A stretch of DNA of 64,000 bases, from the NCBI GenBank assembly GCA_049323935.1, contig JBMONN010000007.1, positions 340 through 64,339 on the forward strand. Direction: 5' to 3'. A program made the translations under genes and the position numbers. Origin of the DNA: Thermodesulfobacteriota bacterium (GTDB lineage: Bacteria > Desulfobacterota > Desulfobulbia > Desulfobulbales > SURF-16). Positions 56,218 through 64,000 of the stretch are shown piece after piece (the first letter of the stretch is position 1; each line of letters opens with the position of its first letter). The notes under the pieces are model-generated. The model worked only from the letters and a program-made list of their open reading frames with translations. It was not told the DNA's origin and did not search any database.

Positions 56218-56301
56218 GCAGCCGCTGGCAAACAGCACCGGCATAGGTATGAAGAAGAGTTGCTCTTCCAAATGACTTCCGGAATTCCCCGAAGACGCCG
56301 A

Positions 56302-57327
56302 TCAGCGCAATTTTTCGGAAAGCTCAACCACCGCCATGGCGTAGCGATTTGAATTGTTCCAGGCGGTGATCGCCTGAAAATTCGGATAGCCGGCCACATA
56401 CCGCATACCGCCGTCTTCGCGCTCCAGACCGACAATGGTGACATCTTTGTTACCGGGCGCGGGCGGCAGATCAACCCCCTGGATGCGGACAACATCAGCG
56501 ATCGGCACCAACCCCTTGCGTCCTTTCTCGTATGCCTGCTGGAGCAGATCACCCTTGAGCTGCGGTCCGATTTCCCGACAGATCGGGGCGCGGTACACCC
56601 AGCCATAACGACGCAGATAGTTGGCGATACTGGCCAGCACGTCCGGAATCGAGTTCCAGACATCCCGGTTGCCATCCTTGTCGAAGTCCACCGCATACTC
56701 CCGGAAACTGGAAGGAATAAACTGGGTCTGACCAAAGGCGCCGCCGTAGGACCCTATGACCGAAAGCGGATCGACACCGTTCTCTCTGCACAGCAGCAGA
56801 AAATTGACAAGCTGGGTCCGATAGAACTGGCTACGTCGCGGATAGGCGTCAAACATCGTATTGAGGGTCTGGAAAAGATTGAACGACCCCCTGTTCTGTC
56901 CGTAGCGGGTTTCGATCCCCCAGATGGCGACGACAATCTCCCGGGCCACCCCGATTTCCGCCTCGACCCGGTCGAGCACCGCCTTGTTTTCCGCAAGTTT
57001 CGCCCGCCCCTCGGCGATCACCGCCGGGGTGATGAAGCGGGGATAGTAGAGGTAATAAGGCTTTGCCTCCCACTGGGTATCCATCAACTCCAGTACTCGC
57101 TGCTTGATGGTGACTCCGGCGAAAATTCGATCAAGCTCATCCTGAGTGAACCCGTGCTTTTCCTGCAGCTCGGCAAACAGCTCCAGATAGCGGGGCGAGG
57201 CAAGGTCGATGACCTGCCCGTCACTGACCAGATCGGCAGCCTTGGGTCCTGCTTCTGCTGCACAGAGAGAGGCGGGTGGCAGGACAAGCAGAACGCCGAC
57301 GGCAAGGATCAACAGAAATTTCCTCAT
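56302..57327 (-). CDS. Lytic murein transglycosylase (MltB/SLT_2-like)
   Basis: 341 aa with a signal peptide MRKFLLILAVGVLLVLPPASLCA. Catalytic region AIWGIETRYG and GAFGQTQFIPSSF. Confidence 0.85.
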   Translation of the reverse strand: MRKFLLILAVGVLLVLPPASLCAAEAGPKAADLVSDGQVIDLASPRYLELFAELQEKHGFTQDELDRIFAGVTIKQRVLELMDTQWEAKPYYLYYPRFITPAVIAEGRAKLAENKAVLDRVEAEIGVAREIVVAIWGIETRYGQNRGSFNLFQTLNTMFDAYPRRSQFYRTQLVNFLLLCRENGVDPLSVIGSYGGAFGQTQFIPSSFREYAVDFDKDGNRDVWNSIPDVLASIANYLRRYGWVYRAPICREIGPQLKGDLLQQAYEKGRKGLVPIADVVRIQGVDLPPAPGNKDVTIVGLEREDGGMRYVAGYPNFQAITAWNNSNRYAMAVVELSEKLR

Positions 57328-57393
57328 GAGAAGGTCTCCTTTTGTTCACACCATCCACACGGGAAGGCATGCGGCGCATCCTACAGACGCCGA

Positions 57394-58365
57394 TTATCCA
57401 TTCCAGCACGCCTGAAAGGCATTGACAAAGTCAACAAGCTGTTCAGCAGGCAGGGCATTGATACCGGCAGCCGCTTCCCGCCCGCCTCCGGTAGGGAATT
57501 TCCGGCAAAGCGCCGCTGCGCCCTGCCGATCAGCCAGGGGCGCCCGCACACTGACCATGAGGGTGCCGTCGCCGTTATCCACCAGCAGGGCATGGGCCTT
57601 GTTCTCCATCTCCCGGGCCTTTTCATTGCTGAAGACACCGGCTACCCGGCGGGCCCATGCCGCCGCCGGAAAGCGGAAAATACGACCGGCGTCATGTTCC
57701 GCATACGGCGGCATGGAACGGGCCGCGGCCATGTCGTCGGCGTATCCTCGCCGCAACCGATCGAGCATGGAGGATTGGCGGCAGAAGGCCACCGGATCGT
57801 CATACGGCCGCACCGCGTCATACAACACCTCCGGGGTACAGTGCAGATCCGCAGTATCCCGACCATAGCCATTGTAATTCATCAATTCCCCCAGCTCCCG
57901 GAGCATCCGCAGCTCTTCCGGAGAGCAGCCAAGCGCCTCGGCGGCCTGTTCCGCGGCCCGGTGCAGATTGTCGCCAAAAGCCGCCACCACCGCCCAGGCC
58001 CGGAAGCGACCGTGGAGCTGGCGGTCAACCAGCAGCCCGGAACAGATCTCCGGAGCCGGATCGATGATAGCCTGCAACAGGGGTGACGAGGGAATCTCGC
58101 CGGCAAAATGATGGTCGATATAGGTAATGTGGTTGCCCCGAGCAAGCAGGGTGGTCAAGGCCTCCCGGTTGCTGTCAAAGGAGATGTCGAGGACCGTGAG
58201 CATAGCCCCTGCCACCGCCGGATCGGCGGCCAGCCGGGCCAGCAGCCGAATGTCCCGCTTGACGCCGGAGACAAGGACTGCGTCCCGCGGTTCGGCCAGC
58301 CGCAGCTGATGCAGGGCGCAGATGCCGTCGGCGTCGCCGTTGAAAACATCGTAACAGATCACCAT
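57394..58365 (-). CDS. DHH-family phosphoesterase paralog
   Basis: 323 aa. FNGDADGICA (DxD), YIDHHF (DHH). The C-terminal glycine motif reads GGGR rather than GGGH. Confidence 0.72.
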   Translation of the reverse strand: MVICYDVFNGDADGICALHQLRLAEPRDAVLVSGVKRDIRLLARLAADPAVAGAMLTVLDISFDSNREALTTLLARGNHITYIDHHFAGEIPSSPLLQAIIDPAPEICSGLLVDRQLHGRFRAWAVVAAFGDNLHRAAEQAAEALGCSPEELRMLRELGELMNYNGYGRDTADLHCTPEVLYDAVRPYDDPVAFCRQSSMLDRLRRGYADDMAAARSMPPYAEHDAGRIFRFPAAAWARRVAGVFSNEKAREMENKAHALLVDNGDGTLMVSVRAPLADRQGAAALCRKFPTGGGREAAAGINALPAEQLVDFVNAFQACWNG

Positions 58366-58395
58366 CCGAACATCCCCCTTCTTCGCCCGCTCGAC

Positions 58396-60666
58396 TCACT
58401 CATTGAGATCGAGTCCGCCGGTGCCGGTATCGAATTCGATACCCTTTTCCACCAGATCGCCGGAAACCCCGATACCCAGGGTCTGGCCCAGGCCCACCAG
58501 GGAAAACATCAGCGCCACCCGCTCGTCATCAGCACTCTTCTCCGCCAGAAATTTGACCGCCCAGCACTGGGGATGATAGACCAGACCGACAGAGGCGCTG
58601 ACAATTTCGTTGGTGCGCAAGGATTGCTTGAAATCACCCTGCAGATAGACAAAATCGCTGAGCCGGGTCTGCAGGGCCGCGTTGATCTGATTGATCTCCG
58701 TGCCCTTGGCATAGCGGTAATCAAGCGCCAGGGCATTCCCCCGTTCGGTGGCATATTCGGTGTAAAGATCATAGCCGGTCACCCCCTCTCCATAGACGCT
58801 CATGGTCGTGGTGTAACGGGTCTGCCAACGCGGCAGGGGGTAGACATTGAGCAAAAGTCGCACATCGGAAAAAGGGCGATGTCGGTCATCATGACCGGCG
58901 GGATCACGCCGCGCCTCACGGATATCGTAGGATTGGAGGATCTTCACATATCCCGCGTACCGATTATAAAAATCTCCATCTCGCTCGCCGCTGAGCCGAA
59001 AATAATTGTTGATACCATAGGTGATGCCGTTGCCCCGCTCCAGCAGGTCGATTTCATCGATAGCGGGCAGCTCGTCCTCGCGGTCAAGGGCGAGATAGCT
59101 GTAACCGATCTCGGGCCGCACGGAATGGCTGATTGCGGAAAGCGAGCCGATCTTGACGGCAAAATCGCGCTCCAGGGTGGTGCCCAGGGTGGCGTTGAAA
59201 TCCCAGGCGGTCCGCATCTGCTCGCTGTCAGCGGTCCAGGCATCAGCGGCGCGCCCGTGACCGTCGATGGAATAAAGCGTCCCCCGCACGCCGCTGCGAA
59301 CCGTACCTTCGACAAAAGGCCCCAGGGGGAGAGAAGCGAGGAGGGACGGATAGAGGTCAACCCGCTGCTCACCAATGCCATCTTCCCGCCAGTAATGGTC
59401 ATAACCTGTTTGCCAGCCCAGACTGAGTGGCATCCTCTCCAATTCGGTGATACCGGAATAGAGAAGCCGGGGCAGGGTGTTGACCTGGCCGGGCAGATCA
59501 TCGCGCCCCACCAGGTCGTCGATGGCAACGGCCTGCCCGCCGACAAAGGTGGAAGACCAGGATTTGGTAAGCTGGAACTGCGAGGTCCGGTAGCCTTTGG
59601 TTTCTTCCTCCAGTCCGCGATGGTAATTGCGGAGGAAATCGCTGTTCGTGTCGTCAAAACCGTTGGCAAAGCCGCCCAGCTCCTGGAGATAATCGCGATC
59701 CGAGGCAAAATCGATATCCGCCCGCGCCCACAGGTTATCGCCGAAATCATGATCCAGCTTACCACGAATCCAATACCGGTTATGCGCACTGCGCAGGTAG
59801 TCATCGGACTTGTAATCATCGCCAGGTGTATCGACAGTCCTGTCATACACATAGGTGCCGGCAAGCGTTCCCCGGGAGGTGGCAGAGGCCGCGTAACGGA
59901 ATTCAATGCCGCCCACCATGCCGCGTTCCGACAGATAACCGGGATGGACGGTGATATCGCTGCTCGGGGAGAGATCGACGAAAAAGGGGGTGATAAGCCC
60001 GGTGCCGCTCAGGGTGGACTGGGATATTTCCGGAAGAAGAAAGCCGCTTTTCCTTTTTGTATTAGCCGGGAAGACGAAATAGGGGACATAAAGGACCGGA
60101 ATGTCCCGTACCCGCAGCACCGTGTGCTTCAGGGTCACCACCTTTTCCAGGGTGACCGTCGCCTCGGCGGAATGCATCCGCCACGGCAGGGTTTTGCCTT
60201 CCCGGACCTTGCAGGTGGTGAAATCGCCATCCTTGAAACGGTAGGTAACGGCGTCGGTCTTGAGAACTTCGCTGCCGGAAAAATGCAGATTGTTTTCCGG
60301 GACAAAAAGGGTGCTGTCAACGAGCGTCGCCGTTTCCCGTTTGAGATCAATCACCGCCTCCTGCCCGGTGACATCCTGCCTGGCGGTGTGCATGGAGAGC
60401 GAGCCGCGAGCCACCACCTCGTTGTCGGCGAGGTTGTAGCGCATCCAGTCCGCCTTGATCACCACCGGGTCCGGACTTTTGTCATCGACCCGGCGCAACA
60501 CGACATTGCCCTCAGCCACCACCACCTCGGGCTGGGTGTAGCGGCTGATCCGGTCCGCGCTGATCTCCCATGGTTCGTCGGTATAGTCCCTGGCGAGGCA
60601 GGGGGTGGCTGGGAGACTGAGGCAGAGTAGGGCAAGAGAGATCCACCATGTCCTTGCGATCCGCAT
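58396..60666 (-). CDS. lptD: LPS-assembly outer-membrane protein LptD
   Basis: The track ORF starts at 60798 inside the ilvD-lptD spacer. The ATG at 60666 (MRIARTWWISLALLCLSLPATPCLA) gives a signal peptide; an alternative ATG lies at 60720. OstA-like N-terminal domain plus a large beta-barrel. Confidence 0.85.
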   Translation of the reverse strand: MRIARTWWISLALLCLSLPATPCLARDYTDEPWEISADRISRYTQPEVVVAEGNVVLRRVDDKSPDPVVIKADWMRYNLADNEVVARGSLSMHTARQDVTGQEAVIDLKRETATLVDSTLFVPENNLHFSGSEVLKTDAVTYRFKDGDFTTCKVREGKTLPWRMHSAEATVTLEKVVTLKHTVLRVRDIPVLYVPYFVFPANTKRKSGFLLPEISQSTLSGTGLITPFFVDLSPSSDITVHPGYLSERGMVGGIEFRYAASATSRGTLAGTYVYDRTVDTPGDDYKSDDYLRSAHNRYWIRGKLDHDFGDNLWARADIDFASDRDYLQELGGFANGFDDTNSDFLRNYHRGLEEETKGYRTSQFQLTKSWSSTFVGGQAVAIDDLVGRDDLPGQVNTLPRLLYSGITELERMPLSLGWQTGYDHYWREDGIGEQRVDLYPSLLASLPLGPFVEGTVRSGVRGTLYSIDGHGRAADAWTADSEQMRTAWDFNATLGTTLERDFAVKIGSLSAISHSVRPEIGYSYLALDREDELPAIDEIDLLERGNGITYGINNYFRLSGERDGDFYNRYAGYVKILQSYDIREARRDPAGHDDRHRPFSDVRLLLNVYPLPRWQTRYTTTMSVYGEGVTGYDLYTEYATERGNALALDYRYAKGTEINQINAALQTRLSDFVYLQGDFKQSLRTNEIVSASVGLVYHPQCWAVKFLAEKSADDERVALMFSLVGLGQTLGIGVSGDLVEKGIEFDTGTGGLDLNE

Positions 60667-60744
60667 TTTGCCGGAATCGCAGGAAGCCATTATTCCGACG
60701 GGCCGAGTTTTGTAACTCATGGTTTCATTTTCCCGCCCGCCCTG
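60667..60744 (-). repeat. Copy 3 of the roughly 78-nt intergenic repeat
   Basis: Minus strand: CAGGGCGGGCGGGAAAATGAAACCATGAGTTACAAAACTCGGCCCGTCGGAATAATGGCTTCCTGCGATTCCGGCAAAAT. The stem is degenerate (CGGAAT/ATTCCG). Same orientation as lptD and ends at its ATG. Confidence 0.75.
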
Positions 60745-60798
60745 GATTCCGGGTTGTTGCGAAATCATCTTTTTGCATGGGCACCTATTTTTGTCCAT

Positions 60799-62460
60799 TC
60801 AGGCAAGAATGGCGCCGGAACTTCCGGAACCGACCATTCTGGCATAGCGACCGACATAGCCGGTGGTGATCTTCGGCGATGGTGGTTGCCACGCCGCACG
60901 CCGTCGCTGCAGCTCCTCGTCATCAACCTCGCAGGCGAGCCGTTTGCCGGTGATATCAACGACAACAATGTCCCCTTCCTGCAACAGGGCGATGGGACCG
61001 CCCTCCGCCGCCTCGGGTGAGACATGACCGACGCAGGCACCCTGGGTGCCGCCGCTGAAGCGGCCGTCGGTAATGAGGGCCACGCTCTTGCCCAGGCCCA
61101 TGCCGATGATCGCCGAGGTCGGCGAGAGCATCTCCGGCATCCCGGGGCCGCCTTTAGGACCGCAATAGCGGATGACCACCACGTCGCCGGACCGGATGGC
61201 GCCGGAGAGAATGGCGGTCTGCGCCGCTTCCTCGGAATCGAAGACCCGAGCCGGACCGCGGTGACACATCATCTCATCCGCGACCGCCGACTGTTTCACC
61301 ACCGCCCCCTCGGGTGCCAAATTGCCATAGAGGACAGCGATACCGCCCTGCTTGTGATACGGATTATCGACGCCGCGGATGATCACCCCGTCCCGCTCCC
61401 TGGCCCGGTTGAGATTCTCGCCCAGGGTATAGCCGGTGACGGTTTTGACAGTGACGTGCAGACCATTTTCCGTATTAAGGAGTTCACGCATAACCGCCTG
61501 CACCCCGCCCGCCTCGTTGAGTTGCTGGAGACTGTGCGGTCCGCCGGGGATGAGCGAGCAGATGTGCGGCACCCGCTGGCTGACCTCATTGAAAAGGGCC
61601 AGCGGCAGATCAACGCCGGCCTCGCGGGCGATGGCCGGCACATGAAGCACGGTGTTGGTGGAGCAGCCCAGCGCCATGTCCACCGCCATTGCATTCTCAA
61701 AGGCCTCACGGGTCGCGATGTCCCGCGGCCTGATGTCCTCGTGAAAGAGATTCATTACCGCCATGCCGGCCTGCTTGGCCAGCCGGATCCGGGCCGCGGC
61801 CACTGCCGGGATGGTGCCGTTGCCCGGCAATCCCAACCCAAGGGCCTCGGTCAGACAGTTCATGGAGTTGGCGGTGAACATACCGGAACAGGAGCCGCAG
61901 CTCGGGCAGGCGGCATCCTCCAGCTCTTCCAGCTCCTCCAGAGTCATGGTCTTGGCCTTGACCCTGCCGACGCCTTCAAAGACACTGACCAGATGGACGT
62001 CCCGTCCCTGAAAACGGCCAGTCAGCATCGGCCCGCCACTGACCATGATGGCCGGAATATTGAGACGCAGCATGGCCATCAGCATGCCCGGCACTACCTT
62101 ATCGCAGTTGGGGACCAGCACCATGGCATCAAAGGGATGGGCCTGGCCCATTATTTCCACCGAATCGGCGATTATCTCCCGGCTGGCCAGTGAATATTTC
62201 ATCCCCTGATGGTTCATGGCGATGCCGTCGCAGACGCCGATAGTGGCAAATGCGATTGGGGTGCCGCCCGCCATCCGCACCCCGGCCTTGACTGCATCAA
62301 CAATTTTATCAAGATGGATGTGGCCGGGGATGATTTCGTTATGGGCGTGGCCGATACCGATCAGGGGCCGCCGTATCTCCTCGTTGGTGTAGCCCATCGC
62401 CTTGAACAGAGACCGATGGGGTGCTCGTTCCAAACCTTTTTTCGCCGCATCACTTCGCAT
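60799..62460 (-). CDS. ilvD: Dihydroxy-acid dehydratase
   Basis: The track ORF starts at 62496. The ATG at 62460 ([25 protein letters not shown]), with GAGGA upstream, matches the IlvD N-terminus. CDKVVPGM and SGGTQG motifs. Confidence 0.95.
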   Translation of the reverse strand: MRSDAAKKGLERAPHRSLFKAMGYTNEEIRRPLIGIGHAHNEIIPGHIHLDKIVDAVKAGVRMAGGTPIAFATIGVCDGIAMNHQGMKYSLASREIIADSVEIMGQAHPFDAMVLVPNCDKVVPGMLMAMLRLNIPAIMVSGGPMLTGRFQGRDVHLVSVFEGVGRVKAKTMTLEELEELEDAACPSCGSCSGMFTANSMNCLTEALGLGLPGNGTIPAVAAARIRLAKQAGMAVMNLFHEDIRPRDIATREAFENAMAVDMALGCSTNTVLHVPAIAREAGVDLPLALFNEVSQRVPHICSLIPGGPHSLQQLNEAGGVQAVMRELLNTENGLHVTVKTVTGYTLGENLNRARERDGVIIRGVDNPYHKQGGIAVLYGNLAPEGAVVKQSAVADEMMCHRGPARVFDSEEAAQTAILSGAIRSGDVVVIRYCGPKGGPGMPEMLSPTSAIIGMGLGKSVALITDGRFSGGTQGACVGHVSPEAAEGGPIALLQEGDIVVVDITGKRLACEVDDEELQRRRAAWQPPSPKITTGYVGRYARMVGSGSSGAILA

Positions 62461-62710
62461 AGCTTTTTTCCTCGGCCGGCGTTGCCGGTGCCGCACCGCC
62501 GCCCATAATAAATTTCAGGGATAACAAACAATTACCCGGGAAGAGTCTGCCGGCAGCGCCGAAATCAGCGGCAGAGGCTGTTCAAACCTTAGAACCTACC
62601 GTCTCCCAATAAAGCGTGTCAAGGCAAAACTTTCTCTTGCCAAGTCGGGCCGATTGTTTTTAAGTGTGAGTGTTTCTTTTTTTGATTCCGATACATTATG
62701 ATAAAATCGC

Positions 62711-63649
62711 ATGAAATACCTCTTCGGACCCGTCAACTCCCGCCGTCTCGGCCTGTCACTCGGCATTGATCTCGTCCCCCCGAAAGTATGCAATTTCAAC
62801 TGTATCTACTGTGAAGTCGGTCCAACCACTCTTTTCACCTGTGAACGGCATGAGTACTCGCCGACTGCGGCCATCATCGCCGAGATTGACGCCTTTCTCG
62901 CCAGCGCCGACCCGCGGCGGCCAGTGGATGTCTTCACTCTGACCGGCAGCGGCGAACCGACTCTGCACAGTGGCCTGGCTGACATTATTGGCCACATCAA
63001 GGAAAAAACGGACAAACCGGTAGCGGTGCTCACCAACGGTTCCCTGCTCCACCTCGCAGAGGTGCGTTCCGCCCTTTACCAGGCGGACATCGTTATCCCC
63101 TCGCTGGATGCGGCCCGGGAGGAGAGTTTCCGCAAGGTCAACCGGCCGGCCCCCTGCAGTCGGCTGGAGGAAATCATTGCCGGACTCGCCCTTTTCTGCG
63201 CCGAGTTTACCGGTGAACTCTGGCTGGAGGTGCTGCTGGTCAAGGGGATCAACGACACCGATGCAGACATCGCCGCCCTGCGAAGTGCCCTGGCGCGCAT
63301 CAAACCGGCCCGAATCCAGCTCAACACCGTGGCGCGACCGCCGCTCGAATCATTCGCCCGGCCGCTCTCGAAAGAAGAACTCAACGAAATCGGACGCTGG
63401 CTGCCCGGCACCGTGGAAATCATTGCCGATTTCCGCGGCCGGACACGATCAGACGTCCAGACAGCCCGGGAAACCGAGCTGCTCGAAATGCTCAAAAGAA
63501 GACCCTGCACCGAAACGGATATCTGCGAGGCCCTTAATCTCGACCACGAGTCAACCGCGCAACTCATCCAACGGATGAGCGAGTGCGGACAGCTTGTCCA
63601 GACGGTGCACCGGGGGAGAATCTACTACCAGACATCGCAGGCAGCGTGA
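62711..63649 (+). CDS. Radical SAM protein with a C-terminal winged-helix-like region
   Basis: 312 aa. N-terminus GPVNSRRLGLSLGIDLVPPKVCNFNCIYCE (CxxxCxxC), followed by GSGEPTL. Confidence 0.8.
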   Translation: MKYLFGPVNSRRLGLSLGIDLVPPKVCNFNCIYCEVGPTTLFTCERHEYSPTAAIIAEIDAFLASADPRRPVDVFTLTGSGEPTLHSGLADIIGHIKEKTDKPVAVLTNGSLLHLAEVRSALYQADIVIPSLDAAREESFRKVNRPAPCSRLEEIIAGLALFCAEFTGELWLEVLLVKGINDTDADIAALRSALARIKPARIQLNTVARPPLESFARPLSKEELNEIGRWLPGTVEIIADFRGRTRSDVQTARETELLEMLKRRPCTETDICEALNLDHESTAQLIQRMSECGQLVQTVHRGRIYYQTSQAA

Positions 63650-63724
63650 CCACGGCAAGATTCGCCAAGTCCTCGCAGAACCGGAATAACGCTCTTCTGC
63701 CATACCACATTCCCAAGGAACACA

Positions 63725-64000
63725 ATGAACGACGACAAGAACACCGAAACACCCACTGAAGAGTCGACGGAAAAACCTGTCGAAAAAAAGACCGCAGCCA
63801 AAAAGAGCCGCTCGCGCCGAAAAAAACCGGCGGCAAAGAGCCAGCCCGCGGCAGCGGCCAAGGAAAAGGAAACGGCCAGCGAGCCTGAGCAGGATGACCT
63901 CGATGAGGAGGTTATCGGCGGGAAAACCGACTCTGCGCTTTCCCTGAAACTGCTGATCAACTCCGAGGAACCTGAAGAGGCGCGCATCGCCCTGCTGGAA
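63725..64000 (+). CDS. rne: Partial CDS (first 92 codons): RNase E/G family ribonuclease with a charged N-terminal extension
   Basis: Absent from the ORF track because no stop lies in the window. The ATG at 63725 has AAGGAA upstream. My translation is MNDDKNTETPTEESTEKPVEKKTAAKKSRSRRKKPAAKSQ...SALSLKLLINSEEPEEARIALLE. The last segment matches the start of the RNase E/G S1 domain (LINxxxxEExRxAL). Confidence 0.6.
   Translation, partial: MNDDKNTETPTEESTEKPVEKKTAAKKSRSRRKKPAAKSQPAAAAKEKETASEPEQDDLDEEVIGGKTDSALSLKLLINSEEPEEARIALLE

Noticed and set aside
58108-60630. 840-aa plus-strand ORF opposite lptD
   Set aside because: It is an antisense shadow ORF with no signal peptide or domain features. 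lptD on the minus strand has a signal peptide and OstA and beta-barrel character.
62690-62713. TGaTAAAAT extended -10-like element 3 nt before the radical SAM ATG (leaderless start idea)
   Set aside because: The -10 is too close to the start codon. A start site 6-8 nt downstream would fall inside the ORF, and no downstream Met exists.

Overview
GC-rich chromosomal segment with about 60 tightly packed genes and two tRNAs. I saw no rRNA, CRISPR array, transposase, integrase or phage gene. Gene content suggests an anaerobic sulfur-cycling Desulfobacterota (Desulfobulbales-like) bacterium: a NuoEFG-less complex I, a multiheme cytochrome, YeeE/TusA, an AhbD-like radical SAM enzyme and a hemerythrin. 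That taxonomic placement is inference only. All family calls come from reading the translated ORFs and motifs by eye; nothing was searched against a database. Layout, left to right: (1) minus-strand RNA/translation superoperon 1-13.4 kb: tRNA-Gly, rimP, nusA, ylxR, infB, rbfA, nrnA-like, truB, rpsO, pnp, M16 peptidase, dut, MBL hydrolase. (2) minus-strand complex I-type operon 13.5-25.1 kb: nuoA-B-C-D-H-I-J-K, extra antiporter-like gene, 83-aa ORF, L-like, M, N. There are no nuoEFG genes. (3) mpl, a small ORF and tRNA-Ala. (4) plus-strand mreBCD-mrdA-rodA. (5) minus-strand block of SpoT-like HD protein, hemH, HD protein, hemE, AhbC/D-like radical SAM and PIN-PhoH. (6) plus-strand nadE, 12-heme cytochrome, hisD and rsmG, joined by 1-nt gaps or ATGA overlaps. 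(7) plus-strand yeeE, tusA-like gene and hybrid histidine kinase, all ATGA-coupled. (8) minus-strand mltA, pilT, zinc-ribbon/receiver-like protein and hemerythrin. (9) acs, a PilZ protein, mltB-like gene, DHH protein, lptD, ilvD, a radical SAM gene and the 5' end of rne. Most worth a second look: the unusual complex I membrane arm; a roughly 78-nt noncoding element present three times in intergenic DNA; the 12-heme cytochrome embedded in a housekeeping operon; the sulfur-importer/kinase operon; and a hemE-hemH-AhbD-like heme cluster. Many long ORFs in the track are antisense shadow ORFs of real genes and were rejected. Several track ORFs are longer at the N-terminus than the real gene, so I give trimmed starts where sequence supports them.
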